Shown here: positions 28,327 to 37,126 of the stretch, piece after piece
How positions within the stretch are numbered: the first letter of the stretch is position 1
Layout of the letters: each line of letters starts with the position of its first letter
Virus record (IMG/VR): IMGVR_UViG_3300045912_000306
Span: 1-56,296 of that record
Direction: 5' to 3' (one strand)
DNA: 56,296 nucleotides
Origin: a virus
Taxonomy: Duplodnaviria > Caudoviricetes
Program-made: the position numbers and the translations under genes
The notes under the pieces: model-generated
Told to the model about the DNA's origin: nothing
Database searches by the model: none
What the model saw: the letters and a program-made list of their open reading frames with translations, nothing else

Positions 28327-28611
28327 TTAGAAAAATTTGAGGACTTTTTCAGCTCCTGCTAAAACTACTAACGCACCAATCGAGATTATAAGTATTCTTG
28401 AGACTAATTTAATGAAGTCAGTATTTGAAGCAACCATCTCTTTTAGAGTATCTGTATTTTCGTTTAGAAGCCTATTTCCCTCTTTGTGTTCGTCGTTTAA
28501 CCTCTGAATTGCAAAAGAGAACTTTTCAATAACATTAGACTGCTTGTTTATCGCTTCTAAAGTCTCTTTGTGTAAGTTTAATAAAATGTCGTATTGTTGT
28601 TTGGTTGTCAT
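28327..28611 (-). CDS. Coiled-coil protein with C-terminal TM helix (holin-like)
   Basis: Hydropathy and position. Confidence 0.5.
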   Translation of the reverse strand: MTTKQQYDILLNLHKETLEAINKQSNVIEKFSFAIQRLNDEHKEGNRLLNENTDTLKEMVASNTDFIKLVSRILIISIGALVVLAGAEKVLKFF

Positions 28612-28634
28612 AGCTTCATACTAAATATGAGTTT

Positions 28635-28670
28635 TAATAAAATCAAGTAGGATAATAAAATCAAGTAGGA
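28635..28670. repeat. 18-bp tandem duplication TAATAAAATCAAGTAGGA
   Basis: Two exact copies upstream of the lysis cassette. Confidence 0.85.
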
Positions 28671-28945
28671 TATATTGTCAGAAAAAACTTCTACAAATTT
28701 TTTTTACTAAGTCAAATATGGGACCCTTTTTTCAAAACTGACCCCTAAGAATTTCAAGATGACGCAATTATTTAATAAATGCAAAGTAATAATTCCCATA
28801 AAATAGTAATTATGAATGTGAAGTAATACATTTTTTTTTGACTTCGCACACACGTAAATCCTATGGGACATGACACTTACCCCCCTTTTGTGTAACGCAC
28901 ACGGATACCGTACAGGAAGAAAACATCGTGCCAATATGTTTTTTG

Positions 28946-29005
28946 AAAGATGACTGTTATATCGTCTTTTTTAAAAACCCCTGTCAAAATTGATTTGGTG
29001 AGGTC
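28946..29005. repeat. About 60-bp imperfect direct repeat, copy 1
   Basis: Shares ATCGTCTTTTTTAAAAA and AAAATTGATTTGGTGAGGTC with 31161-31220. Confidence 0.85.
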
Positions 29006-29049
29006 TAGGACACATGTAACATGATGTATTTTGATGTTTTAAGATATAA

Positions 29050-29108
29050 TTGACAAAAATATAACAGTTTAGCTATAGTTTAAGTGTAAATTAGGAGTGT
29101 AAATTAGG
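29050..29108 (+). promoter_or_regulatory. Promoter of the plus-strand island with a 13-bp tandem repeat
   Basis: TTGACA-18-TATAGT, then AGTGTAAATTAGG twice (29083-29108), then an AAGGAGGTG SD. Confidence 0.65.
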
Positions 29109-29123
29109 AAGGAGGTGAAAAAA

Positions 29124-29720
29124 ATGAACGAATATCAAAGAAGAGAATACGAGAAAAAATTAAGACTTGTTAAGCTTCTTAATAGTTTCGATAGCGGTTA
29201 TAGGTTTGAATTGGTGAAAAATAAAGAGGAGCTATCAGCTAGCCTTATAAAATTAAACAGTGATATCCCCGTTTGTGTTAATTTTATAGACTACGAGGGT
29301 AAATATAGTTTTTACCTAGATTATAGCCTGCCCTATATAACCTATGCAACAGAGAAGCAAATCCGGGAAAAGCTAGGAAAAGAGCCAAAAAGGGTAGGTG
29401 TCTTAAATAAAAATAAGATTGCTAACTGGGTAAAATACTTGTCTGAAGTATATCAAGAGCTAATTAAGACAAGTGGGGAAAGAGAGAAAAAAGTTAATTC
29501 ATTCTTGGAAGAGTTCGAAAAAACAGATGGGGAAAAGCAAGTTATGATGACAAACGAGTATAGAAAAACCTATTCAGGAAGCATAATAAAAAATGGGGTA
29601 GTGTTAGAGTTTTCAATTGACGAGGAAGGGTATATTTGTCAGAGGATAGAGATCAGTTATAGCGTAGAGGATAATTTGTCTAATTTTGTAGCCTTGTCAG
29701 ACAATAAATATCAAGGCTAG
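29124..29720 (+). CDS. Hypothetical early protein
   Basis: Strong SD and 198-aa ORF. Confidence 0.7.
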   Translation: MNEYQRREYEKKLRLVKLLNSFDSGYRFELVKNKEELSASLIKLNSDIPVCVNFIDYEGKYSFYLDYSLPYITYATEKQIREKLGKEPKRVGVLNKNKIANWVKYLSEVYQELIKTSGEREKKVNSFLEEFEKTDGEKQVMMTNEYRKTYSGSIIKNGVVLEFSIDEEGYICQRIEISYSVEDNLSNFVALSDNKYQG

Positions 29721-29775
29721 TTTTCATTTACTACGGCTTGGCAGAAATGCGAGGCCGTAGCAAAATGAAAATATA
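29718..29775 (+). repeat. Conserved post-stop hairpin, copy 1
   Basis: TTTTCATTT-CTACGGC...GCCGTAG-AAATGAAAA. Confidence 0.85.
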
Positions 29776-29808
29776 GTCGATATTGAAAAAGAGGAAGGAG
29801 GTGAGAAC

Positions 29809-30189
29809 ATGACAATAGAGAAAGCCATAAAAGAATTAAAAAAGATTAGAGACAATGCGGACACGGTTTTAGAAGAAAGAGTTGTTTCAATCCTTATAAA
29901 TAATATACAAATATACAATACGGCAGAAGGTTTTTTTGAAGATGTTTTTGAAAGAGGATTATATTCCGGAGCAATAAGAGAGTTTATTTATCAAAGAGAG
30001 GTTGAAGCCTTTTTTGATAAATATTATTACGATATTATGAACTTATTTTACAAAATGCAGAAAGAGGAAAAAAACATTGAAGATATGTTACCTAGAGGCT
30101 GGGAATGGGAAATAAAAGCGAGCTGTGCTTGGTTAGCTTTTGAAGAAATAACGGCAAGAATAATCGATAAACTAGGTATAAAAATTTAG
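29809..30189 (+). CDS. Conserved phage early hypothetical protein
   Basis: SG..EFIY..FFDKY..AWLAFEE pattern; strong SD. Confidence 0.7.
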   Translation: MTIEKAIKELKKIRDNADTVLEERVVSILINNIQIYNTAEGFFEDVFERGLYSGAIREFIYQREVEAFFDKYYYDIMNLFYKMQKEEKNIEDMLPRGWEWEIKASCAWLAFEEITARIIDKLGIKI

Positions 30190-30244
30190 TTTTCATTTAC
30201 TATGGCTTGGCCAAAAAAGCTAGGCCATAGCAAAATGAAAATTA
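30187..30244 (+). repeat. Conserved post-stop hairpin, copy 2
   Basis: Same stem with a compensatory change (CTATGGC/GCCATAG). Confidence 0.85.
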
Positions 30245-30709
30245 AGCTATACCCTCAATAACTACAGGATAAATTACAAAAAAGCAAAACTCGGGATTTT
30301 TGTTGCCTCTAGCCTCAAACCCAAAAAAACTATAAGTTAAAAATAGTTGTTTTTTTGGCCTATTTTAGTAGTTTTTTGATATTTTGGGGCTATTTTAGAA
30401 GAATTTTAGGTCATTTTTGATTGTTTTTTGGGTTATTTTTGATTGTTTTTTAGGTTTTTTATTGATTTTATTGATTTTAGGTTACTTTATATTTAATAAG
30501 ATATTGTTTTTATATATAAGAGATTGGGTTCGCATTTAAATAATTTTGTACTAAAAAGGGATTAATTTAATTATCTGTTTCTAAAAGCGTAATCTGATAA
30601 TTTTAATTCTAAATATTAATCTAAATATTAATGCGGTGCGGTTCGTCGCATCGTGACATCGCGCTGTCATGTTATTTTAATTATTTTTGGGGATTGTTTC
30701 TTTTTGGGG

Positions 30710-30742
30710 TAGCCGGTCGTGTTCCTGCTACCCGGAAAAAAA
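30710..30742 (-). terminator. Probable intrinsic terminator hairpin
   Basis: GGGTAGC...GCTACCC stem flanked by T and A runs, just after the stop at 30746. Confidence 0.4.
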
Positions 30743-30745
30743 CAA

Positions 30746-30955
30746 TCAGTATTGAACAGCTGTTTTAGACAGAGCCTCAAAAAAAGCCCATCGGCTCAAA
30801 TTGAATTTGCCCCTTTTTCTCGCTCTCTTATAAGCTCTGCTAAGGAATTTAGCGTTTAACTGATCCATGATTTGCAAGGCTTCGCTTTTTGTGTCGCAAA
30901 CCTTGTAAACTTGAAAGTGTCCGTTTCGGCGGAGCAAAACTTTATATTTTCTCAT
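30746..30955 (-). CDS. Small basic hypothetical protein
   Basis: AAGGAGGTG SD before MRKYK. Confidence 0.6.
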   Translation of the reverse strand: MRKYKVLLRRNGHFQVYKVCDTKSEALQIMDQLNAKFLSRAYKRARKRGKFNLSRWAFFEALSKTAVQY

Positions 30956-31160
30956 TTTTTTCACCTCCTTCCCTTTTTGGAAACAACACACCGAAGAGTC
31001 TTACCCGGTAGCAATTTAAAACGTTTTTGAAGAGTAAAAAATAAAAATCAATTTTAAATTTGGCAGGCTGGTCTGGCATATTTTTATAAAAATAATAAAT
31101 TGTATTTTTTAGCTTGTCAATAGGCAAAAGAAGCCCAAAATTCATATTTTGAGTTTTAAA

Positions 31161-31220
31161 AAAGATGGTATATTAATCGTCTTTTTTAAAAAAACCCGTT
31201 AAAATTGATTTGGTGAGGTC
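31161..31220. repeat. About 60-bp imperfect direct repeat, copy 2
   Basis: See 28946-29005. Confidence 0.85.
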
Positions 31221-31486
31221 ATTTTTTGGCGAGTCCGTTTTTAAAATGGTCATTTCTCTTTCAAAAGGAAGATGGACAAGTAAAACCCAATCACTAAAAA
31301 AGAGGTGCTAGCGTGTTTAGCTGCTAGCAAAACCGAGAAAAATAAAACTGTAAAAAAAAATAAATTTCTTGCCATAAAAAAAGCCTCTGCTTTTGTTTGC
31401 TCGGTTGTAAACCGGCTATCTGGCAAAGGCTTTTTGCTTCCTGCTACAATCAGGATAGCGTGGCAAAGGTTTTTACGGCGATGAGA

Positions 31487-31732
31487 CTAAATGCTTTTCC
31501 CGTCCTCTTTCTCTTTTTCACTTACCACCGCCTGGGCTATCAATAAATCTTGGATGTATTTAGATAGTTCCGCTCTATATGCGGATAACGCATCCCCATT
31601 TGATAGCACTTTTGCAAAATCTTTTGGCTTTACACCCAAAGAGACTACCACAGCCAAAACAGACGGAGTAATCTCATTTGCGATATTAACAGCCTCGAAC
31701 ATTAAATCCTGATATTTTTTTGTATTTATCAT
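31487..31732 (-). CDS. Hypothetical protein
   Basis: ORF with an upstream AAGGAGGTG; start may be slightly further upstream. Confidence 0.6.
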   Translation of the reverse strand: MINTKKYQDLMFEAVNIANEITPSVLAVVVSLGVKPKDFAKVLSNGDALSAYRAELSKYIQDLLIAQAVVSEKEKEDGKSI

Positions 31733-31767
31733 AAGGGCTATTTTCTCACCTCCTTTCTAAAAGCGGG

Positions 31768-31866
31768 TTTTAAGCCTGCTTCAGCGGTGGCAAGCGAGGT
31801 TCGGAAGCGGCAAGAGGAAAAACCTCTGCCAAGTAAACCCCTTGCCACCCCTGAAGATGGCCTAAA
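31768..31866 (-). other. Long rod-like intergenic stem-loop
   Basis: CTTCAG-GGTGGCAAG / CTTGCCACC-CTGAAG, with inner AGAGG/CCTCT. Confidence 0.7.
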
Positions 31867-31872
31867 CAAAAA

Positions 31873-33216
31873 TCAATCCCAAAATGTGCTAGTTTTGGTT
31901 TGTGCGTCTTTTGGTTCGTACTCCAAAAGACCTTCCCTTTCAAGCTCGTCCTGAGCTTTTAAAATATTTTCAAACAAGTCCTTATTTTTTTTCGACAAAA
32001 CCCAATCCCAGTCAAAACCCTGATCAAGCACGGCATCGGTAAAATTTTCCGATCCGAGCCCCTTAAAAATTTCGTCTTGCGTGGGGATGTAAATCTCCCT
32101 TCCGGTTAAACTTTTTCGGAATTTAAGAGCGTCCAAAATGCGCCTGACCTCCATCTGTAATCTTTCAATTTCTTTTGGGGTAATGCTGTCGTTTTCAAAT
32201 AAAATTTGATCTTGGATACTCTCCAACCGCATCAAAAGAAGCTCCGAAAGGTAACCACCCGGCTTCTTGATTGGAGATGTTTCGTCAAAATCAACCAGCT
32301 GTTTTTTTAGTGTTTCGACAACAAACTTGTCATTCTCTTTTTTCTCTACAACAATTGGTTTTTGTGGTAACACCGGCTCAACTTTTGTCTTTCCTACATT
32401 AAAGGTTTTTTCCTCGTCCCAGTTTTGCCAGCGGTAGACATAATAGGACGGCCTTTCAACTTCAAAGCCAACCCAACCACCCAAGCTCAATTTAAGTCCT
32501 GTGTTTTCTTCCATTTCTTTAAAAACAAAATCTTTTTTGTTTATTTGAGAAAAAAATAAATTATGAAAATAAAACTTATAATCAAACAAGGCTTCTTCCA
32601 AAATTGCCCTCGTCGAAGCCCAAAAAATAGTCCCTGTTGGTCTGTGGTAAGCTAGACAAATAGGATTGCCCGAAGAAAGCAAGTAAACATTGCCCGGTTC
32701 GTCCACCCTCAATAAAGCAATAGCCATACTTCCTCTCAATTTTTTAGCCGACGCCTTTATTGCGTTGATGGTTTTGAAATTCTTTTTGAAAATAAAATGC
32801 TCAACAAGTCGCAAAATGACTTCGGTATCCACTTCACCGTCGGTTTTTAAATTGAACTCTTCTTTCACTTCCCGATCGTTTGAAATAACGCCGTTATGAA
32901 CCAAAGCCAAACCCAACTTGCTGACTACGGGATGATTGTTTTTGTTGTTTTCCGCTCCACCTTGAGTCTTTGCCCTGTTGTGCCCAATTACTAAAGTTGG
33001 ATTGTTTTCCTTCAATAAAGTTTTGAAAACTTTTGTTTTGACAAAAACGCTAGCATCTACTGGCTCCTTGTAAAAAAGGATATCCCGATCCTTCACGAAA
33101 GCAAAGCCCGTAGCATCTCTGCCCCGCACCTGACTGGCGAGCAAAATTTTTATAAATTTTTCTTTTGCAAACTCGGAGTGCTCTCCCACTGTTAAAAATC
33201 CGCTAATTCCGCACAT
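31873..33216 (-). CDS. Class II (Ntn) glutamine amidotransferase
   Basis: MCGISG catalytic Cys2, RGRDATG, GHNR, NNHP, HNGVISN and VDTE motifs. Confidence 0.92.
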   Translation of the reverse strand: MCGISGFLTVGEHSEFAKEKFIKILLASQVRGRDATGFAFVKDRDILFYKEPVDASVFVKTKVFKTLLKENNPTLVIGHNRAKTQGGAENNKNNHPVVSKLGLALVHNGVISNDREVKEEFNLKTDGEVDTEVILRLVEHFIFKKNFKTINAIKASAKKLRGSMAIALLRVDEPGNVYLLSSGNPICLAYHRPTGTIFWASTRAILEEALFDYKFYFHNLFFSQINKKDFVFKEMEENTGLKLSLGGWVGFEVERPSYYVYRWQNWDEEKTFNVGKTKVEPVLPQKPIVVEKKENDKFVVETLKKQLVDFDETSPIKKPGGYLSELLLMRLESIQDQILFENDSITPKEIERLQMEVRRILDALKFRKSLTGREIYIPTQDEIFKGLGSENFTDAVLDQGFDWDWVLSKKNKDLFENILKAQDELEREGLLEYEPKDAQTKTSTFWD

Positions 33217-35112
33217 TTATTCCTCCCCTCCTTCCTCTTTGAAAATCTTTTCCCAATCCATGTAGTTAAAATCGTCTCCGTAGTTTGAAAATCTTTCGGC
33301 AACTTCCTTGCAAAGAGAGTAGAACTGATATACTAACTCATCGTCACTAACCTCTTTTAAGGGCAAAGCCAAACATTTTACAGACTCATATTCTCTTTTC
33401 GGCTTAGTATATTCTGATATTTGTCTAGCAACATCTTCTAACTTCCTTACGAATGACAATTTTTCATCAGAGGTAAAGCCAGCTTGTTCAAAAAGTAAAC
33501 CCAAAATTTGATAGTAAGTCATATTTAGATCTATTGGATCAGGTAGCTGAATTCCCCCTAAACTCTCCGGCAATTTCGTTACGGGCAAGCTAGCAGCTAT
33601 CTTTTTACATACTTTCATTGGCTTAAAAATAGACTCAAGAACATTTTTCTTTTTAATATAGATCTTTTTAATTTTTCCTCTGAATTCGATTTTTGAACTG
33701 TAAATCCTTTCATTATTGAGAATTGCAAAAATAGCCGTTGCAATTTCTAAAAACAAAATATTTTCCTCTCTAGCTCTCAACCCCAAACCCAAGCCACGAA
33801 AAGCACTTGTTAGCTTGTGTTCGACATTCTCAATTGGAGATTGATCGGTAAAACCTTTAGCAATTTCAAACAAAAGATCAATGAAGCGAACAGTCCCCCT
33901 ACCCCTGATGTTACTGTTACCCATCCAAATCACATTCCCCCGAACCTCTTTAAGGCCGTAAACATATACAACGTTGATAAAACCAGAAACCTGATCCAAA
34001 ATTTCCCTTGAGATTGCATTGAAAATTGCAAAATTTACATTTGTTTCAATTTCTGCGCAAGCAAAATCCCTGTAATTAGCCCTTACAAATTTCACGCTCG
34101 GTAGTTTGTATTTGCCACTAGCAACCAACTTACTGACTCCCTTTTTGTGAACCTCCAAAAGAATTTTTACAACTTTCATGACAAGTTTTTCAAATGTGTA
34201 AGCTCTCCAAAACTTGTTGGTGTCAAATTTAATATGCCAGCCTTTTTTAATTTCGATGGCAAAAAGGGGTCTTTCTCTTTTTACTTCCCGAATAAAATCT
34301 TCGATTGCTTTTTGATATCTTTCTTCCTCTTTTACTTTTGGCAATTCTCTTTGCTGAGCAAAAACAAATTTTAACTGCGGTCTGAGGAGCTCTCTTGATT
34401 GCCTCTCGAACGCATACCGAAAAGCGCTATCTTTGATGACTGGATTACACCTGTAATTATGATAAATGGTTGCATCGGCGATAGCGTGTGCTAAGTACAA
34501 AATATCCCTCGCCAATTTTTGGCAAGAAAGGAACGAGGGCAAAGTCCTATACTCGAACCCCCATCCTTGCAAGCGAACGTCACCCAACTTGCCATAGCCC
34601 CGAGAGACTTTTCTGAAAAATGCGTATTCGTCTTTTTCTAAAAACATAACAGGAAACCCTAGCAAATTGTCCAAATTCAATATCATTCTTTCAATCAATT
34701 CTCGGCCTCTAGGAGTGTTTTCCCTAAGTAAAGAGTGCCCGAAGTGTATGTGTCCCCCCAAAGAAAGTTTGTCGCTAGTAGCCATTAAATTGTACTTGAA
34801 GACATTGGGATACTTGTTTTTATTTCTTTCTAGTATTTCTCTAATGTTTTTGATGGCTTCCTCTGGGTCTGTTGCTGGCTTTGGTCTGATCTCTGCTGTT
34901 GCTGTGTAACCGTCAAAGCCAAAGTCGCAATCTTGAGACTGCGGGTAGACTTTTTCTCCCGAGTCATCGACTGGAGTAAAAACAGCGTCAGCCTCTAAAA
35001 ACGAATTGCTAATCGGAGAAAAGATGCCCAATTCTGGGTCTGATCCTATTGTGATTGGCTCTCTCTCTTCAACTTTTTGTGAAATGTTGTTTTCCTGTTG
35101 TGTATCTGGCAT
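33217..35112 (-). CDS. COOH-NH2 ligase type 2 (phiEco32-like amidoligase) with C-terminal extension
   Basis: IGSDPE, GFDG, EIRPKP, GGHIHFG, YGKLGDVR and FEYRTLPS motifs. Confidence 0.88.
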   Translation of the reverse strand: MPDTQQENNISQKVEEREPITIGSDPELGIFSPISNSFLEADAVFTPVDDSGEKVYPQSQDCDFGFDGYTATAEIRPKPATDPEEAIKNIREILERNKNKYPNVFKYNLMATSDKLSLGGHIHFGHSLLRENTPRGRELIERMILNLDNLLGFPVMFLEKDEYAFFRKVSRGYGKLGDVRLQGWGFEYRTLPSFLSCQKLARDILYLAHAIADATIYHNYRCNPVIKDSAFRYAFERQSRELLRPQLKFVFAQQRELPKVKEEERYQKAIEDFIREVKRERPLFAIEIKKGWHIKFDTNKFWRAYTFEKLVMKVVKILLEVHKKGVSKLVASGKYKLPSVKFVRANYRDFACAEIETNVNFAIFNAISREILDQVSGFINVVYVYGLKEVRGNVIWMGNSNIRGRGTVRFIDLLFEIAKGFTDQSPIENVEHKLTSAFRGLGLGLRAREENILFLEIATAIFAILNNERIYSSKIEFRGKIKKIYIKKKNVLESIFKPMKVCKKIAASLPVTKLPESLGGIQLPDPIDLNMTYYQILGLLFEQAGFTSDEKLSFVRKLEDVARQISEYTKPKREYESVKCLALPLKEVSDDELVYQFYSLCKEVAERFSNYGDDFNYMDWEKIFKEEGGEE

Positions 35113-35196
35113 AGGTTTTTTAAAATCTCCTTTCTAATTAATTATTAATTTAACAAATTATTTTAATTTTGTCAATAGGCAATTTAGGTTCAAATT

Positions 35197-35466
35197 TTAA
35201 TCCTCATCAAAAATAAAACCGCAATTTTGGCAAAAAATTTCCCAACTGTCTTCACCTGTGACAAGCGACTTGACTTCTCCACCGCAAAAACAAAAAGATT
35301 GGCAATTACTCTTTGATATTTTTTCGGCAAATTCTCTGTGCTCTTTGTCAACAAAACCAAAAAAAGCATGCCCACCGACAGTTTTCAAAAGATGTCTGTA
35401 TGGGTCTGAAAAAGTTTTTTGGCAAACACTACAAAAAAATTGTTCGGCATTTTTACTTTTTGGCAT
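35197..35466 (-). CDS. Zinc-finger protein; start reassigned to MPKSK
   Basis: CSVC..H..H, CFCG and CQNC motifs; promoter at 35492-35520. Confidence 0.6.
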   Translation of the reverse strand: MPKSKNAEQFFCSVCQKTFSDPYRHLLKTVGGHAFFGFVDKEHREFAEKISKSNCQSFCFCGGEVKSLVTGEDSWEIFCQNCGFIFDED

Positions 35467-35622
35467 GTCTCTTTGTCCTTTCTTAGTTAGAATAATAAAC
35501 CCTCTTTTTTTCCTTGTCAATAGGCAATTTAAGCACAAATTATATATAAATAGTATATGTAAAAAAACGAAGAAAAGATTATTTGAGGAAAATTGTTTGA
35601 TTATTCTTTTTTTTGTCCTTTT

Positions 35623-35675
35623 TAAGCATTTGGCTCACCCGCCAAATAGTCTAAGCATTTGGCTCACCTGCCAAA
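35623..35675. repeat. Two 24-bp direct repeats TAAGCATTTGGCTCACCYGCCAAA, 5-bp spacer
   Basis: Copies at 35623-35646 and 35652-35675, each with a TTTGGC/GCCAAA palindrome. Confidence 0.85.
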
Positions 35676-35697
35676 ATTATACCGTGACAGCACGATG

Positions 35698-35919
35698 TCA
35701 TTCTTGCTTTGTTATTTCAACAACAAGGGTATAATTTTTAAGAGAGGGGTCGTTTAAGTCTTTAATTTGGGGATATTCACTCTCTGGAATCTCCAATGTT
35801 AAACGAAAACCGCCACCCAAACTCTTGCCTAACGGCTTAAGCATTGGCTCATAAGCTATAAAGACATATTTATTTTCTTTTTTGGTTGTTTTTTTATTTC
35901 GCATCTTTGGAGTTGGCAT
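35698..35919 (-). CDS. Hypothetical protein
   Basis: GGFRLTLEIPE motif; start uncertain. Confidence 0.5.
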   Translation of the reverse strand: MPTPKMRNKKTTKKENKYVFIAYEPMLKPLGKSLGGGFRLTLEIPESEYPQIKDLNDPSLKNYTLVVEITKQE

Positions 35920-36031
35920 ATAACGCCCTCATATAACGCTTAGCCATAGATACACTTTTTGAGCTTCCTTTCTTAATAAGACGCCCGCCTTCTCTTTTGT
36001 AAACAACATTTCCTTTTCTTACATATGGCAT
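35894..36031 (-). CDS. Small basic protein (MPYVRKGNVVYK...), not in ORF track
   Basis: 45-aa ORF with SD-like GAAGGACGGTG. Confidence 0.5.
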   Translation of the reverse strand: MPYVRKGNVVYKREGGRLIKKGSSKSVSMAKRYMRALYANSKDAK

Positions 36032-36047
36032 AACAATTCACCGTCCT

Positions 36048-36236
36048 TCAATAATTTCCACCATAATTTGTTTTTTCTAATTTTCTTTCAACTGCTACCC
36101 TTGCGTGTTCAGCGGAACAAAATTTGCCTACAATAGGGCTTCTTAAAATCCACCCTCCTTTATCACGACGCATTCCACACAAATCACAAAATATTGTCTG
36201 ATTTATTCTATATCCAACAAGGTCTTGTTTTAACAT
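36048..36236 (-). CDS. Small zinc-finger protein
   Basis: CDLC..FCS..H; GGAGGTG SD. Confidence 0.55.
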   Translation of the reverse strand: MLKQDLVGYRINQTIFCDLCGMRRDKGGWILRSPIVGKFCSAEHARVAVERKLEKTNYGGNY

Positions 36237-36321
36237 TTTTTACACCTCCGCCAACTTAATTATAAAGCTATTATAACAAATAAATTGTGGGGGAGATACA
36301 GATATATATCTCCCTGTCAAT

Positions 36322-36492
36322 TTATTTGTTTTTACCTTGAACTAGCAATATTCCAGCCCAAGTGCCAAAAACTACCCACATCAATCCTGCGATCATATAC
36401 CAGGGACTATCTCCGTACTCATTAGCGAAAGCCATTCCAAGAACAAAAGGAACCCAAGACAATAAAAGCAACGTTCCAACAGTTTTATTCAT
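36322..36492 (-). CDS. Small two-TM membrane protein, not in ORF track
   Basis: 56-aa ORF MNKTVGTLLL with GGGGGTG SD. Confidence 0.55.
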   Translation of the reverse strand: MNKTVGTLLLLSWVPFVLGMAFANEYGDSPWYMIAGLMWVVFGTWAGILLVQGKNK

Positions 36493-36691
36493 TAATTACC
36501 ACCCCCTGTCTTTTTTGAAAAAAATCATTTAGACTGACATTAAAAACATCTCTGACAACTTCTGTTTTGGCATCTAATATTTGCTCGATAACAAACTCAC
36601 GCAAGTCATCTATAGTTGTCCCGTTTGGTTTATTGTAAGAGGACATAATCTCACGCAGTTTTTTGTCTATCATATTAATTTTGTTTGTCAT
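36485..36691 (-). CDS. Hypothetical protein
   Basis: SD and promoter at 36718-36745. Confidence 0.55.
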   Translation of the reverse strand: MTNKINMIDKKLREIMSSYNKPNGTTIDDLREFVIEQILDAKTEVVRDVFNVSLNDFFQKRQGVVINE

Positions 36692-36730
36692 ATGTTTATG
36701 TTCCCCTTCTTTACTTTATATTACCACATT

Positions 36731-37048
36731 TTACTTGCCTGTCAATAGGCAATTTTGAAAGTATTCAGATTCTTTTTGTTTTAATATTTGTTTTGATAGA
36801 CAATCTTCAAGAAAGCAAGATACAGCCCAAACCAAATAATGCGGATTGGAAGAAGCATTGGTTTCATTGGAACAACACTCATCATAAATTACCAAAACAC
36901 AAGTCTTTTCTTTCCGAGCAAGCCTGAAAATTGCGTTCTGTGCCAACGAAAAAGCATTGGTAGCGTTTTTCCTAGACAGTTTTCTTTTACCTATTCCGAC
37001 TATCCACCCGCCACCTTCTTTTTGCGGAAGCTTAATCTTTATTCTCAT
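36731..37048 (-). CDS. Hypothetical protein
   Basis: ORF on the coding strand. Confidence 0.45.
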   Translation of the reverse strand: MRIKIKLPQKEGGGWIVGIGKRKLSRKNATNAFSLAQNAIFRLARKEKTCVLVIYDECCSNETNASSNPHYLVWAVSCFLEDCLSKQILKQKESEYFQNCLLTGK

Positions 37049-37126
37049 ATTTTGCAGTCATCGTTTGTAATCAATTGAACGATTCCATATTGCTATTTGG
37101 TCAAAAAGATTAAAGTGGTAGGTTTT

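Noticed and set aside
35623-35675. CRISPR array
   Set aside because: Only two repeats with a 5-bp spacer.
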